Shown: piece after piece, positions 35,649 to 45,617 of the stretch | Layout: each line of letters begins with the position of its first letter | How positions within the stretch are numbered: the first letter of the stretch is position 1 | NCBI GenBank assembly: GCA_046542715.1 | Contig: JBKHAV010000003.1 | Span: forward strand, 1 to 61,609 | Direction of reading: 5' to 3' | Length of the DNA: 61,609 bases | DNA from: Desulfovibrionales bacterium | Lineage (GTDB): Bacteria; Desulfobacterota; Desulfovibrionia; Desulfovibrionales; JBKHAV01 | The notes under the pieces: model-generated | Seen by the model: the letters and a program-made list of their open reading frames with translations, nothing else | What the model was told of the DNA's origin: nothing | The model's database searches: none | Made by a program: the position numbers and the translations under genes

Positions 35649-38600
35649 ATGAACTTCAGACGGCCTCTTGTAGTGATCGGCTCTATACTCGGCGGAGTGA
35701 TTCTTGTTGTCGTGCTCCTTCTGGCCGCCGGGCTGGGTCTGGTGCAGACCGAATGGGGTCGGGCCAAGATCACGGACATGGCGGAGCAGGCCACGGCCGA
35801 GTCGGATTCCTTCAGGCTCCAACTGGAAGGGCTTGGGCGGGGGCTGCCCTGGCGCATCAGGTTTGAGCGGTTCACACTGTCCGATTCCGAAGGAGTCTGG
35901 CTTCGGGGCGAAGATATTGCCGTGGACATCGACCTCTGGGACGTGCTCCGGGGGACCTATCATTTTCCCCTTATCCGGGCGGAACAACTGGATTGGCAGC
36001 GAATGCCCCTTACAGAGCGTCCTGAGGAACCAGAAGCAGACGACGTGGAAGAACCTTTCTCCTTTCCGCAACTTCCTTCCCTGGTGGTGGGAGAGCTGGA
36101 TATTCATCGCATTCTGATCAGTGAGCAGCTTGCCGGACAGCCTCTCACCCTGACGGCTCAGGGGGAACTGTTGGCCGACGAGGTCCTGTCCCGGGCCCGC
36201 CTCGCGATAGAGGTCCCGGAAGATGGCGAGCAGGGCCGTTTCCAGGAACTTACGGTTCGCCTGGACTATTCCGGTCCGACTGCGTCCGGGGAACAGGGCC
36301 GGCTGGAAGGTCTGATCGACATCGTGGAGGAACCGGAAGGTCTCGTGCACACGCTTTTGGGATTGAGCACGGAAGATCTTCTGCGGATCAGGCTGGAAGG
36401 CGTCGGGCCGGTCGCTTCCTGGTCTGGTGAATATCACCTCGCGCTCGGGGACAAGGTTTCGGCCCGGGGAAGCCTGGGTCTGGAGCATGGAGAACCGCTT
36501 CGGGTATCCTTAGATGGTGAAGCAACAGGCGATCCTGAGTTCCTTCCCGGGGTCGTGGTGGACGCCCTGGGGAGTTCGGCCGCGTTCGAGAGTGCCGCCC
36601 TGATACGCAACGATGTGGTGGACATCGAGCAGGTGCGCATCAGTGCCGAGCAGACCCGTTTTACCGCCCAGGGGCTCATCGATCTGAGCGATGAGCGACT
36701 TGCGCTGACGTACGGACTGGAACAGGGCACCATTGTGCAAACGTTTCTCCCTAAAGGGTTTGAGATCCGGGAAATGGAACGCCTTACAGGACAATTGCGG
36801 GGGCCGTTCGAAGCTTTGGAGCTGTCCATGGAAACTGCGGCGCAGCGCTTTTCCGGTGCAGGGCTGTCAGGAAAAGGGATCGCAGTGGCGATGGATGCGG
36901 CCCTGTCGGACGTGATGTCCTCTGATGGGCGGGGGCTTTCCCTCGGGACTCGGGCCACCTTTCAGGAGCTGACCCTCCCTGGAGACGGGAAACCGCTCCA
37001 GGACGCAGTATTGTCCTTCACGGTTGCGACACGGGATTTCAATGAGTTCACGCTCTCGAAAGGGGATCTGCGGGCAACCGGGGTGCAGGGGGAGCTGGAG
37101 GGCACGTTGCAGACCCGGGATCTTGACATCCGTGCCGGCCTGCGGCTCGATCTGACAGATCCTGCCCTCATTGCAGCCTATACCGGGGGCAGAGCCGGAG
37201 CGAAGCTCTCTGCCAGGAGTACGGTTTCAGGCACGCTTAGAGGACCGGACCTCGACGCGGCGATCCAGGGCACTATTGTTCCGTCCGGACTGCCCGGACA
37301 GGTCGGATCCCTGATGGGGGACGGTGTGCAGGTGCAGGCTGATTTTGGATTCACCGGAGAACAGCTGCGGATCCGCCAAGCAACGGCAAACGCCAGGCAC
37401 GTCGAGTTGAGGCTCCAAGGCGGCCTGGATCTGTCCCAGAGGATGATGGATCTGGAAGCCGAAGCAACCCTGGATTCCTTGGCGCCACAGGAGATTCCGG
37501 TCTCCCTGACCAGGGGGGATCTCCAGGTTCAGGCCCTGGTCCAAGGCGGGTTCGATGATTTTTCCCTGAATGGCACCATCAGGGCGGAAGAGTTGGAAAT
37601 CCAGGGAGAGCCTGTCCTGGATCCGGTCCTTGCGCTGAACGGCCATGGACTTCCCTCAGATCCCGGTTTCGATGTCCGGCTGACCGGCAGTGTCCGGGAG
37701 GTTCCGGTTTCAGCCCAAGCCTCTCTGGCGATCGCAAACAGGGTCCTGCGGGTGGACAGAGCTGTGGCCCGGGCCGAGGGGCTTCTGGCACGGGCGGACC
37801 TGGAGATGGAACTCGAGAAGTTTTTGCTTGACGGGACCGTGCGTCTGGACGGGGATTTTTCCGGCCTCCAGCGGTTTTTTGAACGTCCCGTGGACGGCCT
37901 GGCGGCAATCCGGTTCGATCTCACAAAGTCCGGGCAGGGCGTGCAGATCGTCACCTTTGAGGGAACCGGGGAGAATCTGTCCGTGGATGAAGTCCGGGCC
38001 GGGCAGCTGAACGTGAAGGGCTCGATCAGAGATCTCCGGACCAGTCCCACCGGCGGTTTCGAGGCGGAGATTCAGAACGGCCGGATGGGCGAAGATTTGG
38101 TTTTGGCAAGCCTGTACGCAGACGTGGACGGCAACCTGGAAAACTTCGGCGTGACCCTGGAGGGCAGCGGAGCGCTGCGACACCCATTCGGCTTCAGAAC
38201 CAGAGGGCGGGTTTCGGTGAATCCGCAGGGGGTTGCAGTCATTTTGCCGGAATTTCAGGGGGAATATCAGGGCAGGCCTGTTTCCCTGGCCCAGCCGGCC
38301 AACGTGAAAAAGACCCCTGAGCGTTTCTCCTTTGACTCCCTGCTCAATGTGGACACCGGAAGCATTGGTTTGTCAGGTTCTGTGGGCACGGCTGCCGTAG
38401 ACATTCAGGGACAGGCCAGGGACCTGCCGCTGTCGCTGCTCAACCTGATCCGGCCCATGCCGGTGGAGGGGCTCATTCAGGGTGATCTGCACATCACAGG
38501 ACCGCCTGGTGATCCGGTGCTGCGAGCAGAGTACACGGTGGACATGGCCCTGCCGACCGAGATTACAGGAGGGGAGTCCCTGCAGGCGGTTGTGAAGGGG

Positions 38601-40046
38601 ACGACCAGTATCGAGGAGGTCCTGAACACCGAGCTTGTCATGGAAGGGTTCGACGAGACCCCTTCCAGGGCACGAGTGACCGTTCCCACCGGCTTTTCGC
38701 TGCAGCCCTTTGCGTTTGACCTGCAGCCTTCTGCACCGCTTTCAGGAACAGCTGAAGGCGTTTTGAACCTGCAGACGCTCTCTGCCTTTGCCCTTTTGCA
38801 GAACCAGGCTCTTTCCGGACGGACAGCCTTTGACGTCAACTTTGGCGGAACAGTTCAAACGCCGAGTGTCGATGGCAGGATCACCCTCGCGAACGGCCGG
38901 TATGAAAATTTTTCCACGGCGACCCTGGTCCGAGATATCCAGGCGACCATCACTGCCCAGGGCCGCAGGCTGGTTCTGGAGGAACTCAGAGCCAGGGACG
39001 GGAACAGCGGTACCCTCAGGGGCACAGGGGCTGTTTCTCTTCTCCCTGAGGAGCAGTACCCCTTTGAACTCTCCTTCAGGACGGACTCCTTCCACATTCT
39101 GCGCAAGGTCGACCTCACAGCCCAGGCCTCAGGCACAGTGGGGATCAGTGGTGACACCAGCGGTATGGCCATCACCGGAAAGGTGGCTCTCGATCCCCTG
39201 GAGTACCAGGTTTCCGGAAAATCCGCTCCAGCCATTGCCGAGTTGAACGTCCGTGAAACCAATATCCCTCCTTCTGAACAGGACGAGGAAAAGACAGACG
39301 AGGAAAAGACAGGAGCATCGATCGACCAGGAACGATATCCCGTATCCCTTGATCTGAGCGTGACCTTCCCGGCCCGGTTTTTTGTCCGGGGCAGAGGGAT
39401 GGATGCCGAATTCCAGGGAAGGCTCACTGTGGGCGGGACTGCCCAGGACCCGGTGGTCCGGGGGGGGCTCAGCGTGCTTCGGGGAACGTTTGACTTCCTT
39501 GACCGGACCTTTGAGCTGGTGGAGGGAAATATCACCTTTGACGGGGCCACCCCGCCCGCACCCCTGTTGAATGTCCGGGCGGAGTGGGAAAGCAGGGACA
39601 TCACCGTAATGGTCCTGCTTTCCGGCCGGGCAGGTGAGCCGAACATCACCCTGGAATCCGATCCCAGCCTGCCCCAGGACGAGATTATGGCCAGGGTCCT
39701 GTTCGGGCGGTCCGCTGCCGAACTGAGTCCGCTGCAGGCCTTGCGTCTGGCCAATGCCGTCCGTCAGCTCTCGGGCGAGGGGGGCGAGGGGTTTGATATT
39801 GTTGGAACGTTTCGCGAAGCTTTCGACCTGGACGAACTCGAGTTCGGCATGGGGGAGGAAGGGCCAACGGTCGGCGCCGGGAAATACCTGCAGGAAAATG
39901 TGTATCTGCAGTTTGAAAAAGGGCTCGGCAAAGGCAGGGACAGAGTTTCTGTGGAAATCGAGCTGCACGAAAACCTGAGCGTGGAAAGTGAAATCGGCTC
40001 CGACTCCCAGGGTGGAGTCGGTATTTTCTTCAAACAAAATTATTAA
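35649..40046 (+). CDS. tamB: translocation and assembly module protein TamB (DUF490)
   Basis: N-terminal TM anchor (VVIGSILGGVILVVVLLLAAGLGLV), ~1450-aa beta-rich body, DUF490-type C-terminus ..GKYLQENVYLQFEKGL..GVGIFFKQNY. Alternative start at 35604. Confidence 0.85.
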   Translation: MNFRRPLVVIGSILGGVILVVVLLLAAGLGLVQTEWGRAKITDMAEQATAESDSFRLQLEGLGRGLPWRIRFERFTLSDSEGVWLRGEDIAVDIDLWDVLRGTYHFPLIRAEQLDWQRMPLTERPEEPEADDVEEPFSFPQLPSLVVGELDIHRILISEQLAGQPLTLTAQGELLADEVLSRARLAIEVPEDGEQGRFQELTVRLDYSGPTASGEQGRLEGLIDIVEEPEGLVHTLLGLSTEDLLRIRLEGVGPVASWSGEYHLALGDKVSARGSLGLEHGEPLRVSLDGEATGDPEFLPGVVVDALGSSAAFESAALIRNDVVDIEQVRISAEQTRFTAQGLIDLSDERLALTYGLEQGTIVQTFLPKGFEIREMERLTGQLRGPFEALELSMETAAQRFSGAGLSGKGIAVAMDAALSDVMSSDGRGLSLGTRATFQELTLPGDGKPLQDAVLSFTVATRDFNEFTLSKGDLRATGVQGELEGTLQTRDLDIRAGLRLDLTDPALIAAYTGGRAGAKLSARSTVSGTLRGPDLDAAIQGTIVPSGLPGQVGSLMGDGVQVQADFGFTGEQLRIRQATANARHVELRLQGGLDLSQRMMDLEAEATLDSLAPQEIPVSLTRGDLQVQALVQGGFDDFSLNGTIRAEELEIQGEPVLDPVLALNGHGLPSDPGFDVRLTGSVREVPVSAQASLAIANRVLRVDRAVARAEGLLARADLEMELEKFLLDGTVRLDGDFSGLQRFFERPVDGLAAIRFDLTKSGQGVQIVTFEGTGENLSVDEVRAGQLNVKGSIRDLRTSPTGGFEAEIQNGRMGEDLVLASLYADVDGNLENFGVTLEGSGALRHPFGFRTRGRVSVNPQGVAVILPEFQGEYQGRPVSLAQPANVKKTPERFSFDSLLNVDTGSIGLSGSVGTAAVDIQGQARDLPLSLLNLIRPMPVEGLIQGDLHITGPPGDPVLRAEYTVDMALPTEITGGESLQAVVKGTTSIEEVLNTELVMEGFDETPSRARVTVPTGFSLQPFAFDLQPSAPLSGTAEGVLNLQTLSAFALLQNQALSGRTAFDVNFGGTVQTPSVDGRITLANGRYENFSTATLVRDIQATITAQGRRLVLEELRARDGNSGTLRGTGAVSLLPEEQYPFELSFRTDSFHILRKVDLTAQASGTVGISGDTSGMAITGKVALDPLEYQVSGKSAPAIAELNVRETNIPPSEQDEEKTDEEKTGASIDQERYPVSLDLSVTFPARFFVRGRGMDAEFQGRLTVGGTAQDPVVRGGLSVLRGTFDFLDRTFELVEGNITFDGATPPAPLLNVRAEWESRDITVMVLLSGRAGEPNITLESDPSLPQDEIMARVLFGRSAAELSPLQALRLANAVRQLSGEGGEGFDIVGTFREAFDLDELEFGMGEEGPTVGAGKYLQENVYLQFEKGLGKGRDRVSVEIELHENLSVESEIGSDSQGGVGIFFKQNY

Positions 40047-40225
40047 ATTTCTGTCATTGTCTTCAACGTCCTTTTCGCATTTTTTTCATAAATCGGACGG
40101 TGTTTCGATACATTCCTTCCCTTGAAACGCACCTTCGCGATGTGGTGGGAACATTGACGGCTTCTCCGGTCCGTGCTTGAAGGTGACCAGCAAATCCCAG
40201 ATCAGATTTTCAAGACGGAGAATGC

Positions 40226-41002
40226 ATGCGCACGATCATCCTGTCATTTCTCATTCTTGCTGCACTGTCTTCCCATCCGGCCAGGCCGACGTTTGGGAGT
40301 AGTGGGACACAATCCGCGGATTCAGCCCCCACGGAAATGCTTGTAGGGATGGAGCAGATATTGAACGTCCCGCTCACCACTGTCGACGGAGCTCCCTATG
40401 GTCAGCTCTCCGGGCTTATGGTCGAGCCGGCCAGCGGCGGTATCGCCTTTGCCGTGGTTGCCCGGGGAGGGTATCTCGGCATAGGGGAGGACCGCATCCT
40501 GATACCCTGGCGGGAATTGGCCTTGGATCTTTACGGAGATCGGGCCGGGAAGTCCGGACATGGAGAAGAGATCGTTCAAGACAAGGCATGGAATGAACCC
40601 TCCAGGATGCAGGACAAGGAGCTGACGATTCAAATTCCAGTGGAAGAGGGGAAGCAGCCTGAAGGGCTGATCGCCATCGAGAAGTTCATGCACCGGAAGG
40701 TTGCCAATCTCGAAGGGGAGGGCGTGGGGGAGATCACCTCATTTATTATTGAACCCCGAGGGGGGTACGTGGTCCTCGCCCTGGTGCGTACCGGGGGAGT
40801 GCTCGGCATGCGTCGGGAAACCGTGGCCCTGCCCTGGCAGTCCTTTTTTTTCGACTGGGAAAAGGGCACTCTGCAGACCCAGATCAGCATGGAAAAACTC
40901 AAGACTGCGCCCATGATCTCCGATATCCGGGCCATATCCCTGGAGGAGACCAAACATATCTATGCGCACCTGGGATACGACTACAGCGTGTACGAGAAAT
41001 GA
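40226..41002 (+). CDS. secreted protein with two PRC-barrel domains
   Basis: Signal peptide. Duplicated ..G..GE/QL...V.P..G.I.F.VV..GG.LG.....I..PW... pattern. Confidence 0.7.
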   Translation: MRTIILSFLILAALSSHPARPTFGSSGTQSADSAPTEMLVGMEQILNVPLTTVDGAPYGQLSGLMVEPASGGIAFAVVARGGYLGIGEDRILIPWRELALDLYGDRAGKSGHGEEIVQDKAWNEPSRMQDKELTIQIPVEEGKQPEGLIAIEKFMHRKVANLEGEGVGEITSFIIEPRGGYVVLALVRTGGVLGMRRETVALPWQSFFFDWEKGTLQTQISMEKLKTAPMISDIRAISLEETKHIYAHLGYDYSVYEK

Positions 41003-41008
41003 GTGCAT

Positions 41009-41038
41009 CCCGGAAGTGTCGGATCCGACACTTCCGGG
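41009..41038. terminator. perfect 30-nt palindrome between convergent genes (13-bp stem, GATC loop)
   Basis: CCCGGAAGTGTCGGATCCGACACTTCCGGG. No flanking U-run. Likely a bidirectional terminator or a protein site. Confidence 0.5.
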
Positions 41039-41078
41039 ACACGGTTTCCAGAGCAGATTTTCTTTTCCGAGCGTTCGG

Positions 41079-42074
41079 CTATCCCCCCATTCCGGTGGGC
41101 GGGGCCATAAACTCGGGGCCCACCGGATCCTTGACATGCTCCGCCAGAATGGAATCCACGGCGGATAGTGTGGCCAGGTCCATTGACCAGCCCAGGATCT
41201 CGTCGATGGGGTCCATCTGCGAGGGTTTTCTTCCGCCCCAGATAGCGATGGGCACCCCTTTTTCCAGGATCCAGCGCACGGAAAACGCCAGCAGATCTTT
41301 TCCGAACCGTTCCTGGGCAAGATTCTCGAGCTTTTCTGCAGCAGCCAGATACTGATCGAAACGGGGGTCCTGGAACTTGGGATCCATCTTGCGCAGGTCG
41401 TCGCCCTTGAATTCACGATCCTTGCGCATTTTCCCGGTGAGCATTCCCCGGCAGAGCGCGCCATAGGTCATCAGGGCGATGTCGTTGCGCTCGCAGTAAG
41501 GCTTTACCTCCGCCTCGATGGTCCGCTCGAAAATATTGTAAGGGGGCTGGGCCAGGTGCAGAGGGCACTCCTGCCTGAAACTCTCCATCTGGTCCTGGGT
41601 GAAATTGCTCACTCCGACGCTTTTGATGACGCCCTGGTCCAGGAGTTCACGAACCGCTGTGGCCGGTTCCGCAACAGGCCGGGTCGGATCGGGCCAGTGC
41701 AGGAAATAGATGTCGATGTAGTCGGTTCGAAGTCTTTTCAAGGAATTTTCGACCTCCTGCATGACCCGGTCCCGTGAACCATTGCGAAAGACCTTTCCAT
41801 CTTCTGTCCAGTCCAGGGTGACCTTGGTGGAAATCTGCAGCTTCTCCCTTCCCCCGTACTCCTCCACGGCCCGGCCCACGAGCTCTTCGGATTTGCCGAA
41901 CCCGTATACCGGGGCGGTGTCGATGAGGGTCACCCCCTTGTCCAGTGCCGCGTGAACAGTTTCGATGGATTGTTTCTCTTCTGTTCCGCCCCACATCCAT
42001 CCCCCAATAGCCCAGGTGCCCAGGGCGATTCGGGAGACGCGAAGATCAGTGTTGGGAATTCTCGTAAATTCCAT
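41079..42074 (-). CDS. aldo/keto reductase
   Basis: LGTWAIGGWMWGG, IDTAPVYG, YIDIYFLHWPD motifs. GAGGAGG RBS before the ATG at 42074. Confidence 0.9.
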   Translation of the reverse strand: MEFTRIPNTDLRVSRIALGTWAIGGWMWGGTEEKQSIETVHAALDKGVTLIDTAPVYGFGKSEELVGRAVEEYGGREKLQISTKVTLDWTEDGKVFRNGSRDRVMQEVENSLKRLRTDYIDIYFLHWPDPTRPVAEPATAVRELLDQGVIKSVGVSNFTQDQMESFRQECPLHLAQPPYNIFERTIEAEVKPYCERNDIALMTYGALCRGMLTGKMRKDREFKGDDLRKMDPKFQDPRFDQYLAAAEKLENLAQERFGKDLLAFSVRWILEKGVPIAIWGGRKPSQMDPIDEILGWSMDLATLSAVDSILAEHVKDPVGPEFMAPPTGMGG

Positions 42075-42228
42075 GAAATCCTCCTCAAAGTTTCTTTTCC
42101 TGTCCACTGCATATCATACAGGAGCGCCATGCCTTGTCAAAATGGCCCAGGCGTTTTCGCAGCGATATCAAGTGGCAGGAAAAAAACCGTGATGGAGCAT
42201 CATGGTGAGAACGGCGGGGGAAGCGGCA

Positions 42229-42576
42229 TCAAAACCAGAGAGAATCTCTTCTGTTTCCGGACTTGAGATCTTCGCGGATCGTTTGGACCAGCTTTTTGTA
42301 TCCCAACCAGAAGTCCTTTCGGATGACTTTGAAATGAGATGCAATCATCCAGAGATTCATCATCGTGCAGATGATCAGGTTGGAGATGAAGGTGTCGGGT
42401 GTTGCAAGCGTGTTTGTCAGGGAAAAGGCCTGCATGGGAAGGAGCAGCAGGAGGTACAGGAGCAGGTGATGGGTGTTGCCCGCTCCAATGAGGAAATTGA
42501 GCTGGAAGAAGACCCCGACGAGGATGAAAATATTGACGCAACTCTCGGACACAAGAAAGGGAATAACCTCGGACAT
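42229..42576 (-). CDS. hypothetical small membrane protein (115 aa, ~3 TM)
   Basis: Hydrophobic segments in a locally lower-GC stretch. No family recognised. Confidence 0.45.
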   Translation of the reverse strand: MSEVIPFLVSESCVNIFILVGVFFQLNFLIGAGNTHHLLLYLLLLLPMQAFSLTNTLATPDTFISNLIICTMMNLWMIASHFKVIRKDFWLGYKKLVQTIREDLKSGNRRDSLWF

Positions 42577-42797
42577 GGTTCATCCTTTTGAAATACGGAA
42601 TATTTTTGTGTGTGAATGCCAAAGGCGGAAAGTGTGAAAGCTCAGGCACAGGGTGCCGTGCGACGGCAGAAGCGGAATCTAATCCCCCTTTGCTCACGGG
42701 TCAAGCGATAACCAGCCAGACTTCTGATCAGGAACACTGGGACAGAATGGCGGTCAGAAAGTTCTCGTTACCCCGCACTGAGCGTGGTGGTGTGTTT

Positions 42798-43994
42798 TTA
42801 TCCTTTCAGGCGGGACTTGTAGGCCAGGGCCAGCCCGCCCAGGGAAGTTTCCTTGTACATCCGCGGCAGGGCCCGGCCGGTCTCGTCCATGACCGCAACG
42901 GCATCGTCGAAGCTGATCCGGTGGACCCCGTCGGAGAGAAGGGCAAACCGGGCGCAGCTGAGGGATCTGGATGCAGCGTGGGCGTTGCGTTCGATGCAGG
43001 GGATCTGGACCAAACCGGCCACAGGGTCACAGGTCAGACCCAGGTGATGTTCGAGTCCCATCTCGGCCGCGTATTCGATCTGGCGCAATGTTCCGCCCAT
43101 CAGCTGGGCGGCTGCGGCCGCAGCCATGGCGCAGGCAGTGCCGATCTCCCCCTGGCATCCCACGATTGCACCGGAAATGGAGCTGTTGTGTTTGACCACA
43201 TTGCCGAACAGGCCGGCCGTGGCCAGGGCCCTGAGAATCTCCATTTGATTGCGGGGGTGCAGGTCAACCAGCAGAAGGAGCACGGCAGGGAGCACCCCGC
43301 AGGAGCCGCAGGTCGGGGCGGTGACGACGATTTCGCCGGCAGCGTTTTCTTCGGTCACGGCATAGGCGTAGGCAGCCAAAAGAGCTTCGGTCCGGAATTC
43401 GTTTTCAAAATTTCTGGCCTTGCGCAGGAACATCCCTGCTTTGCGGGGAATCCCGAGTTCTCCGGGAAGATCACCATGGGCAATGAGTCCGCGGTGCACG
43501 GATCGGCGCATCGCCCTCCAGACCCGGCGAAGATGGTCCCAGATCCTGGGGCTTTCGCACTCCTGCACATACTCCCAGAAGGTTTTGCCGGATTTTTCAC
43601 AGGATTCCATGATCGTCTGCAGGGAGTGGTCAGGATAGACAGGGTCGCTTGCATCCCCGAGCAGGGCGCCGCCGCCGGTGCTGAAGAAGGTCTGTTTTCC
43701 AATGACACCGCCACCGGTGGTCAGCGCCTCGAACTCCAATCCGTTGGGGTGGCTGTTCAACTCGATGTCCGGTCTCCAGACGATAGTGACCGGCGCGGGG
43801 GCAAAGGTGTCGGTAATGACCAGGTCTGTGAGATGGCCCCTGCCGGTGGCGGCCAGACTCCCATACAAGGTGACCCGGTAGGATGCCGCCTCAGGATGGG
43901 CGGACTTGAACCGTTCAGCGGCCCTGCGCGGAGCCAGGGTGTGGCTGCTGGATGGACCGCAGCCGATCCGGTAGAGTTGCTGCAGTGATTGCAT
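42798..43994 (-). CDS. sdaA: L-serine ammonia-lyase (iron-sulfur type, fused alpha/beta)
   Basis: YRIGCGPSSSHT N-terminus; TCGSCGVLP and GCQGEIGTACAMAA cluster-region motifs. Confidence 0.9.
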   Translation of the reverse strand: MQSLQQLYRIGCGPSSSHTLAPRRAAERFKSAHPEAASYRVTLYGSLAATGRGHLTDLVITDTFAPAPVTIVWRPDIELNSHPNGLEFEALTTGGGVIGKQTFFSTGGGALLGDASDPVYPDHSLQTIMESCEKSGKTFWEYVQECESPRIWDHLRRVWRAMRRSVHRGLIAHGDLPGELGIPRKAGMFLRKARNFENEFRTEALLAAYAYAVTEENAAGEIVVTAPTCGSCGVLPAVLLLLVDLHPRNQMEILRALATAGLFGNVVKHNSSISGAIVGCQGEIGTACAMAAAAAAQLMGGTLRQIEYAAEMGLEHHLGLTCDPVAGLVQIPCIERNAHAASRSLSCARFALLSDGVHRISFDDAVAVMDETGRALPRMYKETSLGGLALAYKSRLKG

Positions 43995-44180
43995 GGTGTT
44001 TTTTCTTTTCACGTACCTGAAATTTTCAGGTTGCTCAACAGGATACCGAAACACAGGGGAACACATTCCCGTGTTTCGGCTTGGCAAGGTGACGCTGATT
44101 CAGGTAGTGCAGCCGCACGTCGTTTTCGAGATTCTCATGCTCGTCACCGTGCCCGTGCTGGTCCTCTGGGGGTATTCCAC

Positions 44181-44807
44181 ATGCAGAAAAAAGGGACTTC
44201 TCCTTCCCACGATAAAGATTTGTGGTATCGGTTCGCCTTGCGCAAGGGATTCGAGCTGAAGCATTCAAAAGGTGCTGAAGCCGTTCAAAGAATTTCAGGC
44301 AAGGTGTTTCGGCAGGACTGGTCCGGAAATCCTGCGGCCGTTGCTCCGCCCGCAGGAGCTGTTGTGGTGGCGGGTCGTTCCAACGGGCTGAAGGTGGAGA
44401 TGGATACCGTTGTGGTGAAAAATGTTTGGCTCTTTACGCAGACCGTCTACACCCGCGCGTCCATGGAACTTTCGGATGCACCCTCCGACCTCGTGGTCGC
44501 GAGTCCGCATCGCATCAGCCTGCTTTCCAGAATCCTCAGCCATTATATCATGAAGACCGGAAACGAGGTTTTTGACACGGAGTTTGCGGTGATGAGTTCC
44601 ACTCCGGATGCGGTAGGCAAATACTTGACCCGGGAGCGGCAACTCCTGCTTCTCGACGCCCGGGCAGAGGGGGACGTTCAAATCCACGACCAAAAGGTTT
44701 ACCTTATCCGGAAGGGCCGGGTCGAAACCATGGAAGAGGCAGAGGACCTTTTCACCAACATCGAAACCCTGGGACGCCGAATGCAGCGAGGGCTGCAGGA
44801 GGGCTGA
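44181..44807 (+). CDS. hypothetical protein (208 aa)
   Basis: ATG at 44181; the longer track ORF would overlap the sdaA start. The FDTEFAVMSSTPDAVGKYLT segment is faintly reminiscent of DUF3137-type proteins. Confidence 0.5.
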   Translation: MQKKGTSPSHDKDLWYRFALRKGFELKHSKGAEAVQRISGKVFRQDWSGNPAAVAPPAGAVVVAGRSNGLKVEMDTVVVKNVWLFTQTVYTRASMELSDAPSDLVVASPHRISLLSRILSHYIMKTGNEVFDTEFAVMSSTPDAVGKYLTRERQLLLLDARAEGDVQIHDQKVYLIRKGRVETMEEAEDLFTNIETLGRRMQRGLQEG

Positions 44808-44858
44808 GCATTCCTCACTGAGCCGCACGCCTCGCTTTCAGCCGGCGAACCGTTCGGG

Positions 44859-45617
44859 TTACGCGCGGGTGCCGTGGAGGGTGAGGACTTCATATGTGGC
44901 GGGAATGCGACCGTTTTGTTCGAAGCGCTCTTCGTAATCCCTTATGAACGCTGCAAAACAGGAGCGGCTGACAGCATGCTTCTGTTCAGTGTAAACCGCC
45001 CCGGTTTGCTTCAAATTCTGAAGGACGGCCCGAACCGAGGGAAAGAGCAGTGTTTCCCGGGACCGTTTTGCACGAAACGTGATGTCTGGAAGTGATGCCA
45101 GAAGATCGGTGTAATACCCGGCCGGCTTCAGGGGATGAATCGACCCGAATCCGGTACGTCGGCTGGACTCGGACAGCTCCCCAAGGGTTCCTTCCACGAA
45201 CAGCGAAAACGCAAAGATCCCCCCATGACGCAGGAGGGCAAGCAGGGCGGGGATGGAGTGTTGCGGCCGCTGGAACCATTGCAGGGTGGAGGAGCTGACC
45301 AGAAGGTGGAAGCTCCTGTCCCGGAACGGGGGACTTTCTCCATCGGCCTGAACCATGAGGTGGGGAGTTCCATCCCCTGTCTCTGTCATCTGGAGCATGG
45401 ACCGGGTCAGGTCAAGACTGACATAAGGGCCGGTGACGGAATGTTTTTGCAGCATCCGGTGGAGAAATCCACCCCCGGAGCCGATCTCCAGAATAGGATC
45501 CCACCTTCCCGGAGGTATTGTGGCCGCCAGGTTTCCGGCCACGGTCTTCTGGACCAGTGCGGCGTCCGGATAGGTATCCCGGGCCCGTTCAAAGGCGCGG
45601 CGGAGTTCATGCTTCAT
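44859..45617 (-). CDS. bioC: malonyl-ACP O-methyltransferase BioC-like SAM methyltransferase
   Basis: ILEIGSGGGFL SAM motif; position in the bio cluster; F..A..TYD..A..Q N-terminal pattern. Confidence 0.8.
   Translation of the reverse strand: MKHELRRAFERARDTYPDAALVQKTVAGNLAATIPPGRWDPILEIGSGGGFLHRMLQKHSVTGPYVSLDLTRSMLQMTETGDGTPHLMVQADGESPPFRDRSFHLLVSSSTLQWFQRPQHSIPALLALLRHGGIFAFSLFVEGTLGELSESSRRTGFGSIHPLKPAGYYTDLLASLPDITFRAKRSRETLLFPSVRAVLQNLKQTGAVYTEQKHAVSRSCFAAFIRDYEERFEQNGRIPATYEVLTLHGTRA

Noticed and set aside
43989-44180. Longer version (272 aa) of the hypothetical protein starting at 43989
   Set aside because: It would overlap the sdaA start region on the opposite strand and encodes Arg/His-rich low-complexity sequence. 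The ATG at 44181 is the more conservative start.
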